Positions 11,211-23,603 of a stretch of 44,423 bases of DNA are shown piece after piece. Location of the stretch: the NCBI GenBank assembly GCA_021811005.1, contig JAJZPY010000001.1, forward strand, positions 1 through 44,423, in the 5' to 3' direction. The stretch comes from Pseudomonadota bacterium. Lineage in GTDB: Bacteria; Pseudomonadota; Gammaproteobacteria; Burkholderiales; Ferrovaceae. Position numbers and translations under genes: made by a program. Position 1 is the stretch's first letter; every line of letters begins with the position of its first letter. The notes under the pieces are model-generated. The model worked only from the letters and a program-made list of their open reading frames with translations, did no database searches and was not told the origin of the DNA.

Positions 11211-12086
11211 TTAAACCGCTGCGGCGCCGCCGACGATTTCGGACAGTTCCTTGGTGATCGCAGCCTGCCGGGTCTTGTTGTAGATCAGCTGGAGTTCGTC
11301 GATCACGGTGCCCGCATTGTCCGAAGCCGCTTTCATGGCCACCATGCGAGCGCTTTGCTCGGAGGCGATGTTTTCGGCCACAGCCTGGTAAATCAGGGCT
11401 TCCACGTAGCGGAGCATCAGGTCGTCCACCACGGACCGGGGGTCCGGTTCGTAGATGTAATCCCAGGCAGATGCCTCGATCGCCGTCTCGCCGGACAGGT
11501 ATTCCTTGGGCAGAGGCAGCAGGGGTTCGACCACCGGTTCCTGCTTCATGGTGTTCACGAAACGGTTATAGGCAAGATACACCGCATCCACGCGGCCTTC
11601 GGCATACAAATCCAGCATCACCTTGAGCGGGCCGATGAGCTTGTCGAGATGGGGCGTATCTCCGATGTGGACCAGCTGGGCCACGACGGGCGCGCCGATC
11701 CGTTGCAGGAAACCGAGGCCCTTGTTGCCGATGGCCACCGTTTGCACCTTGGCGCCGCCTTCTTCCCACTGCTTCATGGACTGGGTCACCAGGCGCAACA
11801 GGTTGGTATTCAGTCCGCCGCAAAGGCCTTTGTCGGAAGTGACCACCACAACACCCACGTTGCGCACCGGTTCGCGGCGCACCATGAAGGCGTGGCGATA
11901 TTCCGGATGTGCTTGTGCCAGATGGGACGCCACTTTTCGGATTTTTTCGCCATAAGGCCGGGAAGCCCGCATGCGTTCCTGCGCCTTGCGCATTTTGCTT
12001 GCAGCCACCATTTCCATGGCCTTGGTGATCTTGCGCGTGTTTTGCACGCTCTTGATCTTCATCCGGATTTCTTTTGAACCCGCCAT
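11211..12086 (-). CDS. atpG: F0F1 ATP synthase subunit gamma
   Basis: 291 aa with the N-terminus [36 protein letters not shown] typical of gamma. It lies between atpA and atpD. Confidence 0.97.
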   Translation of the reverse strand: MAGSKEIRMKIKSVQNTRKITKAMEMVAASKMRKAQERMRASRPYGEKIRKVASHLAQAHPEYRHAFMVRREPVRNVGVVVVTSDKGLCGGLNTNLLRLVTQSMKQWEEGGAKVQTVAIGNKGLGFLQRIGAPVVAQLVHIGDTPHLDKLIGPLKVMLDLYAEGRVDAVYLAYNRFVNTMKQEPVVEPLLPLPKEYLSGETAIEASAWDYIYEPDPRSVVDDLMLRYVEALIYQAVAENIASEQSARMVAMKAASDNAGTVIDELQLIYNKTRQAAITKELSEIVGGAAAV

Positions 12087-12113
12087 TTCTTAAGCTCCGT
12101 CGCGCACCAGGAC

Positions 12114-13655
12114 TCAGTAAACGCCTGTTTTCTTGAAATCCTGGATGGCTGCATCCAGCGCCTTCTCGGTATCCCCGTCGAGATCCTGCGTGGTGGCGAT
12201 CTTGTCGACGATGGCTGCGTACTTGGTCTTCAGGAACGCGCGCAGGCCGGATTCGAAAGCCAGTGCACGCTTGACTTCCACGTCGTCGTAGTAACCCTTG
12301 TTGACGGCAAACAGCGTGACTGCCATTTCAGCCACGGACAGGGTTGCGTACTGTGCCTGCTTCATCAGCTCGGTCACCATGCGACCGCGCTCCAGCTGCT
12401 TGCGGGTGGCGTCGTCGAGATCGGAAGCGAACTGGGCAAACGCCGCCAGTTCACGGTACTGCGCCAGTGCCAGACGCACGCCGCCACCGAGTTTCTTGAT
12501 GACCTTGGTCTGCGCGGCACCACCCACTCGGGACACCGAAATGCCCGCGTTGATGGCGGGTCGGATACCGGCGTTGAAAAGGTCGGTTTCAAGGAAGATC
12601 TGGCCGTCGGTAATGGAAATCACGTTGGTGGGCACGAAGGCCGTCACGTCGCCCGCCTGGGTCTCAATGATGGGCAGCGCGGTGAGTGAACCGGTTTTTC
12701 CTTTCACTTCGCCCTTGGTTTCCCGTTCCACGTATGCTTCGTTGACTCGGGCTGCGCGCTCCAGAAGACGGGAATGCAGGTAGAAAACGTCGCCAGGATA
12801 AGCTTCACGGCCCGGAGGACGGCGCAACAGCAGCGAAATCTGGCGGTAGGCCCAGGCCTGCTTGGTCAGGTCATCATAAATGATGAGTGCGTCCTGGCCG
12901 CGATCGCGGAAATATTCGCCCATGGAACAGCCGGCATAAGGCGCGATGAACTGCATGGCGGCCGAATCCGAGGCCGTGGCAGCCACCACGATGGTGTATT
13001 CCATCGCCCCGTGCTCTTCCAGTTTGCGCACCACGTTGGCAATGGAGGACGCTTTCTGTCCAATGGCCACGTAAATGCAGGTCATGTTCTGACCTTTCTG
13101 GTTGATGATGGTGTCCACGGCCACGGCGGTCTTTCCGGTCTGGCGGTCGCCGATGATGAGCTCGCGTTGTCCGCGGCCGATGGGCACCATCGAATCCACG
13201 GATTTAAGGCCGGTTTGTACCGGCTGGGACACGGATTTTCTCCAGATCACCCCGGGAGCGATCTTTTCGATCGGTGAAGTCTGCTTGGCATTGATCGGCC
13301 CCTTGCCGTCAATCGGCTTGCCCAGGGCGTCCACGACACGCCCAATCAGTTCGGGCCCGACCGGCACTTCCAGGATGCGGCCCGTGCAGGTGACGGTGTC
13401 GCCTTCACTGATGTGTTCGTAATCACCCAGAACCACGGCACCGACGGAATCGCGCTCGAGGTTCAGGGCAAGACCAAACGTATTTTTGGGAAACTCGATC
13501 ATTTCCCCCTGCATCACGTCTGTCAGTCCATGGACGCGGACGATGCCGTCCGTCACGGACACGACCGTGCCTTGGGTGCGGGCTTCCGCCGTGACGGGAA
13601 GACTCTGGATCTTCGCCTTGATCAGTTCGCTAATTTCCGACGGGTTCAACTGCAT
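12114..13655 (-). CDS. atpA: F0F1 ATP synthase subunit alpha
   Basis: 513 aa with Walker [10 protein letters not shown] and conserved alpha-subunit sequence. Confidence 0.98.
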   Translation of the reverse strand: MQLNPSEISELIKAKIQSLPVTAEARTQGTVVSVTDGIVRVHGLTDVMQGEMIEFPKNTFGLALNLERDSVGAVVLGDYEHISEGDTVTCTGRILEVPVGPELIGRVVDALGKPIDGKGPINAKQTSPIEKIAPGVIWRKSVSQPVQTGLKSVDSMVPIGRGQRELIIGDRQTGKTAVAVDTIINQKGQNMTCIYVAIGQKASSIANVVRKLEEHGAMEYTIVVAATASDSAAMQFIAPYAGCSMGEYFRDRGQDALIIYDDLTKQAWAYRQISLLLRRPPGREAYPGDVFYLHSRLLERAARVNEAYVERETKGEVKGKTGSLTALPIIETQAGDVTAFVPTNVISITDGQIFLETDLFNAGIRPAINAGISVSRVGGAAQTKVIKKLGGGVRLALAQYRELAAFAQFASDLDDATRKQLERGRMVTELMKQAQYATLSVAEMAVTLFAVNKGYYDDVEVKRALAFESGLRAFLKTKYAAIVDKIATTQDLDGDTEKALDAAIQDFKKTGVY

Positions 13656-13697
13656 GGTGTTCTCCTGACAGGCGGGCTCGCTGAGCCTGCCTTTGCT

Positions 13698-14234
13698 TTA
13701 ACGTTTTAGCGCAACAGCCATTTGATCGATGCGGGCACGGACGGATCCGTCAATCACCACATCGCCTACGGTCACTTTCACGCCGCCGATCAACGATGCG
13801 TCAACCGATACTTCCGGCCGGATTTTCCTGGCAAACCGTTTCTCGAGGCCGCTGACCAGCTGGTCGAGTTCTTGCGCAACCAAGGGAAAGGCGCTGACGA
13901 TCTGGGCGTCGAGCTGCCCTTCGTGCTGATGCCGCAAGATTTCAAACTGCCGGCTGATGGCGGGGAGGGCCGGGATGCGGTGGTTGTCCACCAGAAGCTG
14001 AACCAGCTTCTTGCCTTCCTCGTTCAGCTTTCCTTCGCATACGGACAGGAAAATGCCGGACAGCTGGGCACGATCCAGGCGGGGGTTGCCCACCAGGGCT
14101 GCCATGTCTGAATCGCTGGCAACGGCCGAAAGCCATTGCAAGGTCTCAGACCAGCGATCCAGCGCCTTTTCTTCCAGAGCCAGCTTGAATACGGCTTCCG
14201 CGTAGGGTCTGGCAATCGTTGTGATCTCTGCCAT
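13698..14234 (-). CDS. atpH: F0F1 ATP synthase subunit delta
   Basis: 178 aa with the N-terminus ARPYAEAVF typical of delta/OSCP. It lies between atpF and atpA. Confidence 0.92.
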   Translation of the reverse strand: MAEITTIARPYAEAVFKLALEEKALDRWSETLQWLSAVASDSDMAALVGNPRLDRAQLSGIFLSVCEGKLNEEGKKLVQLLVDNHRIPALPAISRQFEILRHQHEGQLDAQIVSAFPLVAQELDQLVSGLEKRFARKIRPEVSVDASLIGGVKVTVGDVVIDGSVRARIDQMAVALKR

Positions 14235-14242
14235 GATGATCC

Positions 14243-14713
14243 TTACAGCTCGGTGCGGATGGAGGCCAGAAGTTCCGAATGGGCCTGGGCATTGATTTCG
14301 CGGCGCAGAATTTTTTCAGCTCCGGCAACTGCCAGATCCGCCACGCGATCACGAAGCGATTCCTTGGCGCGCATGACTTCCTGCTCCACTTCGGCCTTGG
14401 ACTGGGCAATCACCCGATCCGCCTCGGCTTTTGCCTCAAGACGGGCTTCCTCGATGATTTCACTGCGCCGCTTTTCGGACAGGGCAATGATCTCCGCCGC
14501 CTTGGCCTTGGCTTCGTTCAGCGCTTCCTCGGAACGGCGTTCGGCCAGGACCAGGTCCTGCTTGCCACGCTCGGCCGCGGCAAGGCCGTCGGCGATTTTG
14601 CGCGCACGCTCTTCAAGAGCGGCAACGAGCGGCGGCCACACGAATTTCATGGTGAACCAGATCAGGATCGCAAACGTGATGGCCTGACCGATGATAGTGG
14701 CATTGATGTTCAT
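14243..14713 (-). CDS. atpF: F0F1 ATP synthase subunit b
   Basis: 156 aa with a single N-terminal TM helix followed by a long charged Ala/Glu/Arg-rich helix. Operon position fits subunit b. Confidence 0.92.
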   Translation of the reverse strand: MNINATIIGQAITFAILIWFTMKFVWPPLVAALEERARKIADGLAAAERGKQDLVLAERRSEEALNEAKAKAAEIIALSEKRRSEIIEEARLEAKAEADRVIAQSKAEVEQEVMRAKESLRDRVADLAVAGAEKILRREINAQAHSELLASIRTEL

Positions 14714-14746
14714 GCCTGTGCTCCCAAAGTTTCGGCTTGCCGGTTA

Positions 14747-15037
<291 letters not shown>

Positions 15038-15088
15038 TTACAAGTTAAAAAGGTTTACTGCCAAATCTTCCAGTCCGCACCCTCGGGC

Positions 15089-16244
<1,156 letters not shown>

Positions 16245-16252
16245 ACGGCCGG

Positions 16253-16282
16253 ATTATAAACCGGGTCCAAATAAAGGGTCAA
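16253..16282 (-). promoter_or_regulatory. sigma70-type promoter of the atp operon
   Basis: On the - strand, TTGACC (16282-16277) is followed by an 18-nt spacer and then TATAAT (16258-16253). The element sits in the 47-bp parB-atpI gap. Confidence 0.5.
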
Positions 16283-16291
16283 TGATAGTGG

Positions 16292-17137
16292 TCAAGCGCG
16301 CAAAAGCTGGAGCAACCCATCCAGCTGATCGAGGCTGTGGTAGCGGATGGCCAGGGTTCCTGCCCCCCCCTTGCCGGCCTTGAGCGTCACGGTGGCGCCG
16401 ATGCGGTCGGACAGTTCGTCCTGCAGCGCAACCAGGTCGCGCGCCTGGGGAGGACGCTCGCTGCGCGGCTTGTCGGAAAGCAGCCGTTGCACCCGTTGCT
16501 CCGTTTCGCGGACGGACCAGCGTTTGGCCACCACCTCAGCCGCCACCGCCTGTTGTCGGCTGGGAGGCAGCGGCAGCAATGCCCGGGCATGACCCATTTC
16601 CAATAGCCCATCCATTAACAGTGAGCGCACACTATCCTGCAAATTGAGGAGCCGCAGCAAATTGGAAACCGCACTGCGGGAGCGGCCAACGGCTTGTGCC
16701 GCACCGTCATGGGTCATGCCGAATTCGCGAATCAGCCGGTCCAGGCCCAGAGCCTCTTCCAGTGGGTTGAGGTCTTCACGCTGAATGTTTTCAATCAGCG
16801 CCACCGCCAGCGTTGCCTCATCCGGAATCGGGCGCACCAGCACGGGGACTTCTGCCAGCCCGGCCAGTTGTGCCGCACGCCAGCGCCGTTCGCCGGCAAT
16901 GATTTCATAGCGCCCGTCCGGCAGGGGGCGCACCAGCACCGGTTGCAGCAAACCCTGGGACCGGATGGATTCGCTGAGTTCCTGCAGCGATTCGGGATCC
17001 ATGCGGCTGCGCGGCTGGTATTTCCCCGGCTGGAGCTGGTGGACCGGCAACAACGACGGGTGCTGAGTGGATACTGGCGTCGGTTCGGCTCCCAGCAACG
17101 CATCCAGCCCGCGTCCCAGCCCCTTTGCTTTCACCAT
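16292..17137 (-). CDS. parB: chromosome partitioning protein ParB
   Basis: The track ORF extends to 17284, but the conserved N-terminus MVKAKGLGRGLDALL starts at the ATG at 17137, with GGAGG upstream and 19 nt after the parA stop. The ParB-box motif GERRWRAA and an HTH region are present. Confidence 0.93.
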   Translation of the reverse strand: MVKAKGLGRGLDALLGAEPTPVSTQHPSLLPVHQLQPGKYQPRSRMDPESLQELSESIRSQGLLQPVLVRPLPDGRYEIIAGERRWRAAQLAGLAEVPVLVRPIPDEATLAVALIENIQREDLNPLEEALGLDRLIREFGMTHDGAAQAVGRSRSAVSNLLRLLNLQDSVRSLLMDGLLEMGHARALLPLPPSRQQAVAAEVVAKRWSVRETEQRVQRLLSDKPRSERPPQARDLVALQDELSDRIGATVTLKAGKGGAGTLAIRYHSLDQLDGLLQLLRA

Positions 17138-17156
17138 GTTTGAATCCTCCGGTAGG

Positions 17157-17939
17157 TCAGTGTGATGCGTGCCCGTTTTCAAAGCGTTCCAGCATTTCCC
17201 GGGTGAGCTGAAGGTAGGCCTGCGCTCCCTTGGAAACCGGGTCGTATTTAAGTGCCGGCTGACCGTGGCTGGGCGCCTCCGCAAGCCGCACGTTTCTTGG
17301 GATGGCTGTCTGGTAAACCTTGCCGCCGAAGTGGCGTTCGAGCTGCGCCGAAACTTGTTGGGCCAGCGCGTTGCGCGGATCCAGCATGGTGCGCAGCAGG
17401 CCCTCGATTTCCAGCCCCGTATTCAGGTGACCGCGCACGCGACGGATGGTCTGCACCAGGTCGGACAACCCCTCAAGCGCGTAATACTCGCACTGCATGG
17501 GAATCAGCACCCGCCAGGCCGCGGCAAGCCCGTTGACGGTCAGCAGGTTGAGGGCCGGGGGACAATCGATCAGCACCACGTCATAGTCGCCCAGGGCTTG
17601 GGCCAGGGCATTTTTCAGCCGGTATTCGCGCTGCGGAGCATCCACCAGTTCCACTTCCGCCCCGGCCAGCTCGCGGTTGGCCGGCAGCACGTCATATCCG
17701 CCCGCCTCGGAACGAACCCGGGCACCCTTGAGGTCCGTCTGTTCCAGCAACAGGTGATAAACCGAGTGCTGCAGCGCAGATTTGTCGATGCCGCTGCCCG
17801 TCGTTGCGTTCCCTTGCGGGTCCAGATCAACCAGCAGGGCCCGCCGGCCCAGCGCGGCCAGGCTGGCAGCCACATTGACGACGGTGGTGGTTTTACCCAC
17901 CCCTCCCTTCTGGTTGGTCACGGCCAGGACATGCATCAT
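17157..17939 (-). CDS. parA: chromosome partitioning ATPase ParA (Soj)
   Basis: 260 aa with the deviant Walker A NQKGGVGKTTT. The start overlaps the rsmG stop. Confidence 0.95.
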   Translation of the reverse strand: MMHVLAVTNQKGGVGKTTTVVNVAASLAALGRRALLVDLDPQGNATTGSGIDKSALQHSVYHLLLEQTDLKGARVRSEAGGYDVLPANRELAGAEVELVDAPQREYRLKNALAQALGDYDVVLIDCPPALNLLTVNGLAAAWRVLIPMQCEYYALEGLSDLVQTIRRVRGHLNTGLEIEGLLRTMLDPRNALAQQVSAQLERHFGGKVYQTAIPRNVRLAEAPSHGQPALKYDPVSKGAQAYLQLTREMLERFENGHASH

Positions 17940-18565
17940 GTGCGGGTTGCTCCGATGACGATCAAATGGCGTTCTGCCGCCAGATGCGGGACGACCACGG
18001 GAATGACTTCCGGGGTCAGGTCTGGCGTCAGGCGGCTGATTTCCTCGAAAGGGACAACCCCTTTCATGGCGATGATGCTTCCCTCCGGGGACAACAGGCG
18101 TCTGGCGCCCGCCACGAAATCCGGCAGGTCCGAAAACGCGCGCGACACGATGGCGTCGAAACGGTCATCAGTCTGCCAGCACTCCACACGCTCAGCCACC
18201 ACCCGGACGTTTTCCAGGCCCAATTCCAGTTTGGCCTGCCTCAAAAATGCGGCTTTCTTTTGATTGGGTTCCAGCAAGGTCACCTGCAACTGGGGCAACG
18301 CGATCGCCAGGGGAATGCCCGGCATGCCGCCGCCACTGCCCACATCGAGCAGCCGGCTTTTCCCCGACAGGCGGGAAACCACCGTCAGGCTGTCGAGCAG
18401 GTGCAGCGTGACCATGCGTGCCCGGTCGCGGACAGCCGTCAGGTTGATCACCGCATTCCACTTTTCCAGCAAATCCAGATAGCGCTCGAAGCGATCGATC
18501 CCCTCTTCAGGCAAGGGGATGCCGAGCGCCTGAACGCCTTCCAACAACTCGTGATTTTCCTTCAT
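17936..18565 (-). CDS. rsmG: 16S rRNA (guanine527-N7)-methyltransferase
   Basis: 209 aa with the SAM-binding motif [16 protein letters not shown]. It has an ATGA overlap with the mnmG stop, and the gidA-gidB-parA-parB order is classic. Confidence 0.93.
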   Translation of the reverse strand: MKENHELLEGVQALGIPLPEEGIDRFERYLDLLEKWNAVINLTAVRDRARMVTLHLLDSLTVVSRLSGKSRLLDVGSGGGMPGIPLAIALPQLQVTLLEPNQKKAAFLRQAKLELGLENVRVVAERVECWQTDDRFDAIVSRAFSDLPDFVAGARRLLSPEGSIIAMKGVVPFEEISRLTPDLTPEVIPVVVPHLAAERHLIVIGATRT

Positions 18566-20466
18566 GCGCTACGGGGCTCCTGCAGAACCGGGGCTGTCGA
18601 CCGACGCAAATGCACCAGCAGCAGCGCCACGGCCGCCGGAGTAACCCCGGCGATCCTGCTGGCCTGGCCCACGGTCTGCGGGCGATGCCGGGTCAATAAC
18701 TGTTCCACTTCGCGCGACAGGCCCCGCACGCGGGCATAGTCCATGTCATCGGGAATGGGCAGGTGTTCCTGGTCGCGGTGGCGTGCCACCTCTTCCTGCT
18801 GCCGTGCGATATACCCTTCATATTTGACTTGCACTTCCACCTGATCGGCGGCGTCCGGGGCAAGCGACTCATCCGGTTGCACCCCGGACAGGGACATCAG
18901 ATCCGGGTAGCGGGTGTGGGGACGTCGCAACAGCTCAAGCAGCGATTGATCCCGTTCCAGGGGCTGCCCGAAAACCCGCAGGGCTTCCGGCAGGGACACC
19001 TGGCCGGCCCGCAACCAGGTACTGCGCAGCCTCTGGATTTCCCTCTCCACTTTTTCCCTTTTATTTTCAAAGGCATGCCATCTTTCGTCGGGCACCAGGC
19101 CGAGCTTTCGCCCCTGCTCCGTCAGGCGCAGGTCGGCATTGTCCTCACGCAACTGCAGCCGGTATTCCGCTCGGCTGGTGAACATGCGGTACGGTTCGGT
19201 CACGCCCCGGGTCACGAGATCATCGACCAGCACCCCAAGATAGGCTTCATCGCGCTTTGGCCACCAGGCTTCCAGGCCTCGCGCCTGGCGGGCGGCATTG
19301 ATGCCGGCCAGCAGCCCTTGGGCCGCGGCTTCTTCGTACCCGGTCGTGCCATTGATCTGCCCGGCAAAGAACAGCCCGCCGATGGCTTTCGTCTCCAGAG
19401 AAGCTTTCAGCGCCCGTGGGTCGTAATAATCGTATTCAATGGCGTAGCCCGGACGAAGGATATGCGCCTGCTCCAACCCGGGAATCGAACGAACCAGCGC
19501 CCACTGCACGTCGAAGGGAAGGCTGGTGGAAATCCCGTTCGGATAGATCTCGTGGGTGCTCAGCCCCTCGGGTTCCAGAAAAATCTGGTGCGACGCCTTA
19601 TCGCTGAAACGGTGGATCTTGTCCTCGATGGAAGGACAGTAGCGCGGGCCAACCCCTTCGATGACGCCGGTAAAAAGTGGAGAACGGTCCAGGCCGGCAC
19701 GAATGATGTCGTGCGTTTTTTCCGTGGTGTGGGCAATCCAGCAGGGCACCTGTTTCGGGTGCTGATCGGCTTTGCCGACAAACGAGAATACGGGAACCGG
19801 GTCATCCCCGGGCTGAATCCCCATCTTGCCGTAGTCGATGGTCCGGCCATCCAGGCGGGGTGGAGTCCCGGTCTTGAGCCTCCCCGCCGGCAGATTCAAT
19901 TCCCTCAGCTTGTGGGCCAACGCAACGGCCGGGGGATCCCCTGCCCGTCCGCCCGGATTCTTTTCCAGACCCACATGCATCAAGCCGGACAGGAACGTGC
20001 CTGCGGTCAGCACAACAGAGTGGGCTTCAAAACACAGCCCCATCTGGGTGATCACGCCCCGGACACGCCCGGAATGGACGATCAGGTCGTCCACCGGCTG
20101 CTGGAACAAGGTCAGCCGCGGCTGGTTTTCCAGGGCGTGGCGAATGTACTGCCGGTACAGCACGCGGTCGGCCTGGGCTCGGGTCGCCCGCACGGCAGGC
20201 CCCTTGCGGGAATTGAGAATGCGAAACTGGATGCCCGCCGCATCGGCCGCCAAGGCCATGACCCCACCCATCGCATCGATTTCCTTGACCAAATGTCCTT
20301 TGCCGATGCCTCCAATGGAAGGGTTGCACGACATTTGTCCCAAAGTTTCAAGGCTGTGCGTCAACAACAGGGTTTCGCATCCCGAGCGCGCCGAGGCCAA
20401 GGCCGCTTCGGTACCGGCGTGCCCTCCTCCAACGACGATGACATCAAATTTTTTCGGGAAATGCAT
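18562..20466 (-). CDS. mnmG: tRNA uridine-5-carboxymethylaminomethyl synthesis enzyme MnmG (GidA)
   Basis: The track ORF runs to 20538. The conserved N-terminus [22 protein letters not shown] (FAD-binding GGGHAG) begins at the ATG at 20466. Confidence 0.96.
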   Translation of the reverse strand: MHFPKKFDVIVVGGGHAGTEAALASARSGCETLLLTHSLETLGQMSCNPSIGGIGKGHLVKEIDAMGGVMALAADAAGIQFRILNSRKGPAVRATRAQADRVLYRQYIRHALENQPRLTLFQQPVDDLIVHSGRVRGVITQMGLCFEAHSVVLTAGTFLSGLMHVGLEKNPGGRAGDPPAVALAHKLRELNLPAGRLKTGTPPRLDGRTIDYGKMGIQPGDDPVPVFSFVGKADQHPKQVPCWIAHTTEKTHDIIRAGLDRSPLFTGVIEGVGPRYCPSIEDKIHRFSDKASHQIFLEPEGLSTHEIYPNGISTSLPFDVQWALVRSIPGLEQAHILRPGYAIEYDYYDPRALKASLETKAIGGLFFAGQINGTTGYEEAAAQGLLAGINAARQARGLEAWWPKRDEAYLGVLVDDLVTRGVTEPYRMFTSRAEYRLQLREDNADLRLTEQGRKLGLVPDERWHAFENKREKVEREIQRLRSTWLRAGQVSLPEALRVFGQPLERDQSLLELLRRPHTRYPDLMSLSGVQPDESLAPDAADQVEVQVKYEGYIARQQEEVARHRDQEHLPIPDDMDYARVRGLSREVEQLLTRHRPQTVGQASRIAGVTPAAVALLLVHLRRSTAPVLQEPRSA

Positions 20467-20552
20467 GGACGATTTCAGCTTGTGGCGGGTGAGATTTGCG
20501 GGAGATGCATGATACTGCAAGGGCGGTTCCCGACTCAAACGGTTCTTGTTTC

Positions 20553-20568
20553 TGTTTCACGTGAAACC
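20553..20568. promoter_or_regulatory. parS site (ParB binding), 15/16 match to palindromic consensus
   Basis: TGTTTCACGTGAAACC. The central 14 bp GTTTCACGTGAAAC form a perfect palindrome and match the canonical tGTTNCACGTGAAACa. Confidence 0.8.
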
Positions 20569-20583
20569 ATCCCAACAAACCGA

Positions 20584-20599
20584 TGTTTCACGTGAAACA
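20584..20599. promoter_or_regulatory. parS site (ParB binding), perfect 16-bp palindrome
   Basis: TGTTTCACGTGAAACA is an exact match to the chromosomal parS consensus. It lies 31 bp from the first copy and about 2.6 kb upstream of parA. Confidence 0.87.
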
Positions 20600-20627
20600 T
20601 CAAAACAGGGAATACCGGGCTGGCCTC

Positions 20628-21962
20628 CTACTTTCCGATGCAAAAGCGGGAAAAAATTTCTCCCAGCAAATCATCGGAGGAAAACTCTCCGGTAATGCTC
20701 GACAAGGCGTTCTGCGCCAGGCGAAGCTCCTCGGCCAGCAACTCAAAGGTATCCGCAACTTCCAAAGCCGTTTCCAGATGGGATCGTGCTTGCAACAAGG
20801 CCGCTCGGTGGCGCTCACGTGCCAGGAATACCGGTTCCGCGCCCGGATTCCATCCGACCCTCTGCAGCAAGTGCCTCTTTAATTCGGGGATCCCTTCCCC
20901 AGAAACAGCGGAAACGACGGTCCCTGTCTGGGCACGCTGGGCCGTTGATGCCAGATCGGCCTTGTTGTACACCACCTCCCGGGGCATGTCCTGGGGAAGG
21001 CGGGAGAGCAGCTGCCGGTCCACTTCGGTCAGCCCGTTTCGGATATCGGCGACGACCAACGCCAGGTCTGCCTGTTCTACGGCCTGCCACGTCCTTTCAA
21101 TGCCTGCCTGCTCGATCACGTCGGCCGTTTCACGAATGCCTGCCGTATCCACCATGTGAAACGGCACCCCTTCAATGAACACCGAAGCGCGAATCAGGTC
21201 ACGGGTGGTTCCGGGAATATCAGTGACCAGCGCATGGTCCTCTTCCGTAATGGCATTCAGCAGACTGGACTTGCCCACATTGGGCGCACCGATCAGGACG
21301 GTCCGACATCCCGAACGCAACAACAGCCCCTGAGCAGCAGACCCGGTCAGCCGGTCAACGGCGTCCTGCAGACGGGACAGGACAGCACGAATGTCAGTGT
21401 GCTCGAGAAAATCCACTGCCTCGTCGGCAAAGTCGATGCAACCTTCAACCCGCAGACGCAGTTCGACCAACTGTTCTACCAGCCCACGGATTTGCAGTGA
21501 AAACTGGCCGGTCAGTGAGCGCAGGGCGCTGCGGGCCGCTGCCGCGCTTTCAGCAGCAATCAGGTCTGCCACGGCTTCAGCTTGGGCCAGATCGATCTTG
21601 TGATTGAAAAAAGCCCGCAGCGTGAATTCGCCCGGCTGGGCAAGGCGTGCGCCCAATTCCAGGCAGCGGGCCAGGAGCAGGCGCAAGGCCGCATCGCTGC
21701 CGTGACCCTGCAGTTCCACCACGTCCTCTCCGGTGAAAGAAGCAGGCCCTTGAAAATAGATGAGCAGGCCTTCGTCGATCACTTCACCCTGCCCGTCCAC
21801 AAAGCGGGAATGCCGTGCATGCCGGGGGTGGGGCGGCGCCATGCCGCCGGCAATGCGGCTCGCAAAACCCTGGAGCGAAGGGCCAGAGACCCGGATCACT
21901 CCAACCCCGGCCTGGCCGGGGGCCGTGGCGATTGCGGCGATGACGTCAGCGCTTGCCATCAC
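20628..21962 (-). CDS. mnmE: tRNA modification GTPase MnmE (TrmE)
   Basis: 444 aa with G1 GAPNVGKSSLLN, G3 DTAGIRET and the C-terminal CIGK motif. The start is the GTG at 21962 or the adjacent ATG at 21959. Confidence 0.95.
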   Translation of the reverse strand: MMASADVIAAIATAPGQAGVGVIRVSGPSLQGFASRIAGGMAPPHPRHARHSRFVDGQGEVIDEGLLIYFQGPASFTGEDVVELQGHGSDAALRLLLARCLELGARLAQPGEFTLRAFFNHKIDLAQAEAVADLIAAESAAAARSALRSLTGQFSLQIRGLVEQLVELRLRVEGCIDFADEAVDFLEHTDIRAVLSRLQDAVDRLTGSAAQGLLLRSGCRTVLIGAPNVGKSSLLNAITEEDHALVTDIPGTTRDLIRASVFIEGVPFHMVDTAGIRETADVIEQAGIERTWQAVEQADLALVVADIRNGLTEVDRQLLSRLPQDMPREVVYNKADLASTAQRAQTGTVVSAVSGEGIPELKRHLLQRVGWNPGAEPVFLARERHRAALLQARSHLETALEVADTFELLAEELRLAQNALSSITGEFSSDDLLGEIFSRFCIGK

Positions 21963-23595
21963 CCATCATGCGGGTGATCTGCCATTGCTGGGCAATGGAA
22001 AGCACGTTGTTCACCACCCAGTACAGAACAAGCCCCGCCGGGAAAAAGAAGAACATGAAGCTGAAAGCCAGCGGCATGAACATCATGATTTTGGCTTGAA
22101 CGGGATCAGGCGGTTTGGGGCTCATGCGCTGTTGCAGGAACATGGACGCTGTCATGAGGACCGGCAGGATGTAATAGGGATCCTGGGCCGACAAATCCTG
22201 AATCCATCCCACGAACGGCGCATGACGGAGTTCGACCGAGCCCAGGAGCACCCAGTACAGGGAGATGAAAACGGGGATTTGTACCACCATGGGCAGACAG
22301 CCGCCCAACGGGTTGATTTTTTCGGTTTTGTACAACTCCATCATCGCCTGGTTCATGCGCGCCTTGTCGTCGGCATATTGCTCGCGGATGCGCGTCATTT
22401 TGGGCTGGACCACACGCATGCGTGCCATGGATTTGTAGCTGGCCGCAGAGAGCGGGAAGAAAATGGCCTTGATCAGCACGGTCAGCAGGATGATGGCCGC
22501 CCCCCAGTTGCCAACCCATCCGTGAATCCAGGACAACACGTAAAACAGCGGGGTGGCAATGATGGTCAGCCAGCCGTAGTCGATGGTCAGGTCAAGTCCC
22601 GGCGCCAATGCCTTGAGCTTGCTGCCCTCCTGCGGACCGGCATACAGGGGCACGGTCTGGGAAGCCGTGGCGCCAGGCGCTACCGCCCCCATGGGCAGAA
22701 TAACGCCCGCCGTGTAAAGGTCGTTTCCGACCTTGCGTGTGAAAAACTCGCGCTGGACGCCCGGCTGAGGGAGCCAGGCTGCGACAAAGTAATGCTGCAG
22801 CATGGCAATCCAGCCGTTATCGGCGGTACTGGGAAAATCCTTCTTGCCCTTGTCGATGTCGGCAAAAGGGACTTTCTGGAACTTGGTGGCCTGGGTGTAG
22901 ACAGCCGGCCCTGTGTAAGTGCTAACAAACCGCGGATCGCCCGGAGGCGCTTTGGAGACGCGCAGAAACTGGTAATACGCTTCGGGCGTCAGGGGTGCCG
23001 TTCCGAGATTCTTGACGACCGTCTCCACGCTCACCACATAGCTGCCGCGCTTGAAGTGGTAAATCTTGGACACTTCGGCAACCCCCGGCACTTCAGCCTT
23101 CAAACGCACGTCAAGGGAGTCCTGGCCAGGCTGCAACGTGGCATCGGCCGTGTCCGCGGTAAACGTCGTGGTGTGGTTGGGAAGGCCCTGCCCCAGCAGC
23201 CCGCTCTGGGCCACATAAATGAGGCTGCCGCGATCTTCCAGCAGGTCCACGGGCTTTTTGCTGTCTTCTGCGGACAAGTGCTTGAGGAGTTTCAGGTCGC
23301 GCAAATCCGCGCCATCGGTATCGATTTCAGCCTGGACAACATCGGTGCGCACCAGGACGCGACTTCCATGGCGCAGCCCCTCGCTGTCGGTAGCCGTTGC
23401 GGTTGCGGCAGGCGGCGCAGTGGCCGGGCCTGTCGCTGTGGGCGTCGTCCCCAGTCCGGCAACGGGTGCCGGAACACCCCCTCCCTGAACGGCGGGAGCT
23501 GCCGGAATCTTGTGTTCACGATCTTGCCAGGCGTTCCACAGCATGAAGCTGGAAAGCATGAAAATGGCCAGAGGAATCAAACGTTGCATGTTCAT
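21946..23595 (-). CDS. yidC: membrane protein insertase YidC
   Basis: The track ORF extends to 23727, overlapping yidD. The likely start is the ATG at 23595 (MNMQRLIPLAIFMLSSFMLW, the TM1 anchor). A large periplasmic domain and the conserved C-terminal core (NPLGGCLPMVVQIPVFISLYW) are present. Confidence 0.93.
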   Translation of the reverse strand: MNMQRLIPLAIFMLSSFMLWNAWQDREHKIPAAPAVQGGGVPAPVAGLGTTPTATGPATAPPAATATATDSEGLRHGSRVLVRTDVVQAEIDTDGADLRDLKLLKHLSAEDSKKPVDLLEDRGSLIYVAQSGLLGQGLPNHTTTFTADTADATLQPGQDSLDVRLKAEVPGVAEVSKIYHFKRGSYVVSVETVVKNLGTAPLTPEAYYQFLRVSKAPPGDPRFVSTYTGPAVYTQATKFQKVPFADIDKGKKDFPSTADNGWIAMLQHYFVAAWLPQPGVQREFFTRKVGNDLYTAGVILPMGAVAPGATASQTVPLYAGPQEGSKLKALAPGLDLTIDYGWLTIIATPLFYVLSWIHGWVGNWGAAIILLTVLIKAIFFPLSAASYKSMARMRVVQPKMTRIREQYADDKARMNQAMMELYKTEKINPLGGCLPMVVQIPVFISLYWVLLGSVELRHAPFVGWIQDLSAQDPYYILPVLMTASMFLQQRMSPKPPDPVQAKIMMFMPLAFSFMFFFFPAGLVLYWVVNNVLSIAQQWQITRMMGDGKR

Positions 23596-23603
23596 GGAAT
23601 TTC

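Noticed and set aside
21125-21164. Split parS-like inverted repeat CCGTTTCAC-N22-GTGAAACGG inside mnmE.
   Set aside because: The two arms are the codons for PFH and (R)ETA flanking the conserved MnmE G3 motif (FHMVDTAGIRETA). The half sites are 22 nt apart, so they cannot form a ParB dimer site. The resemblance is a coincidence of coding sequence.
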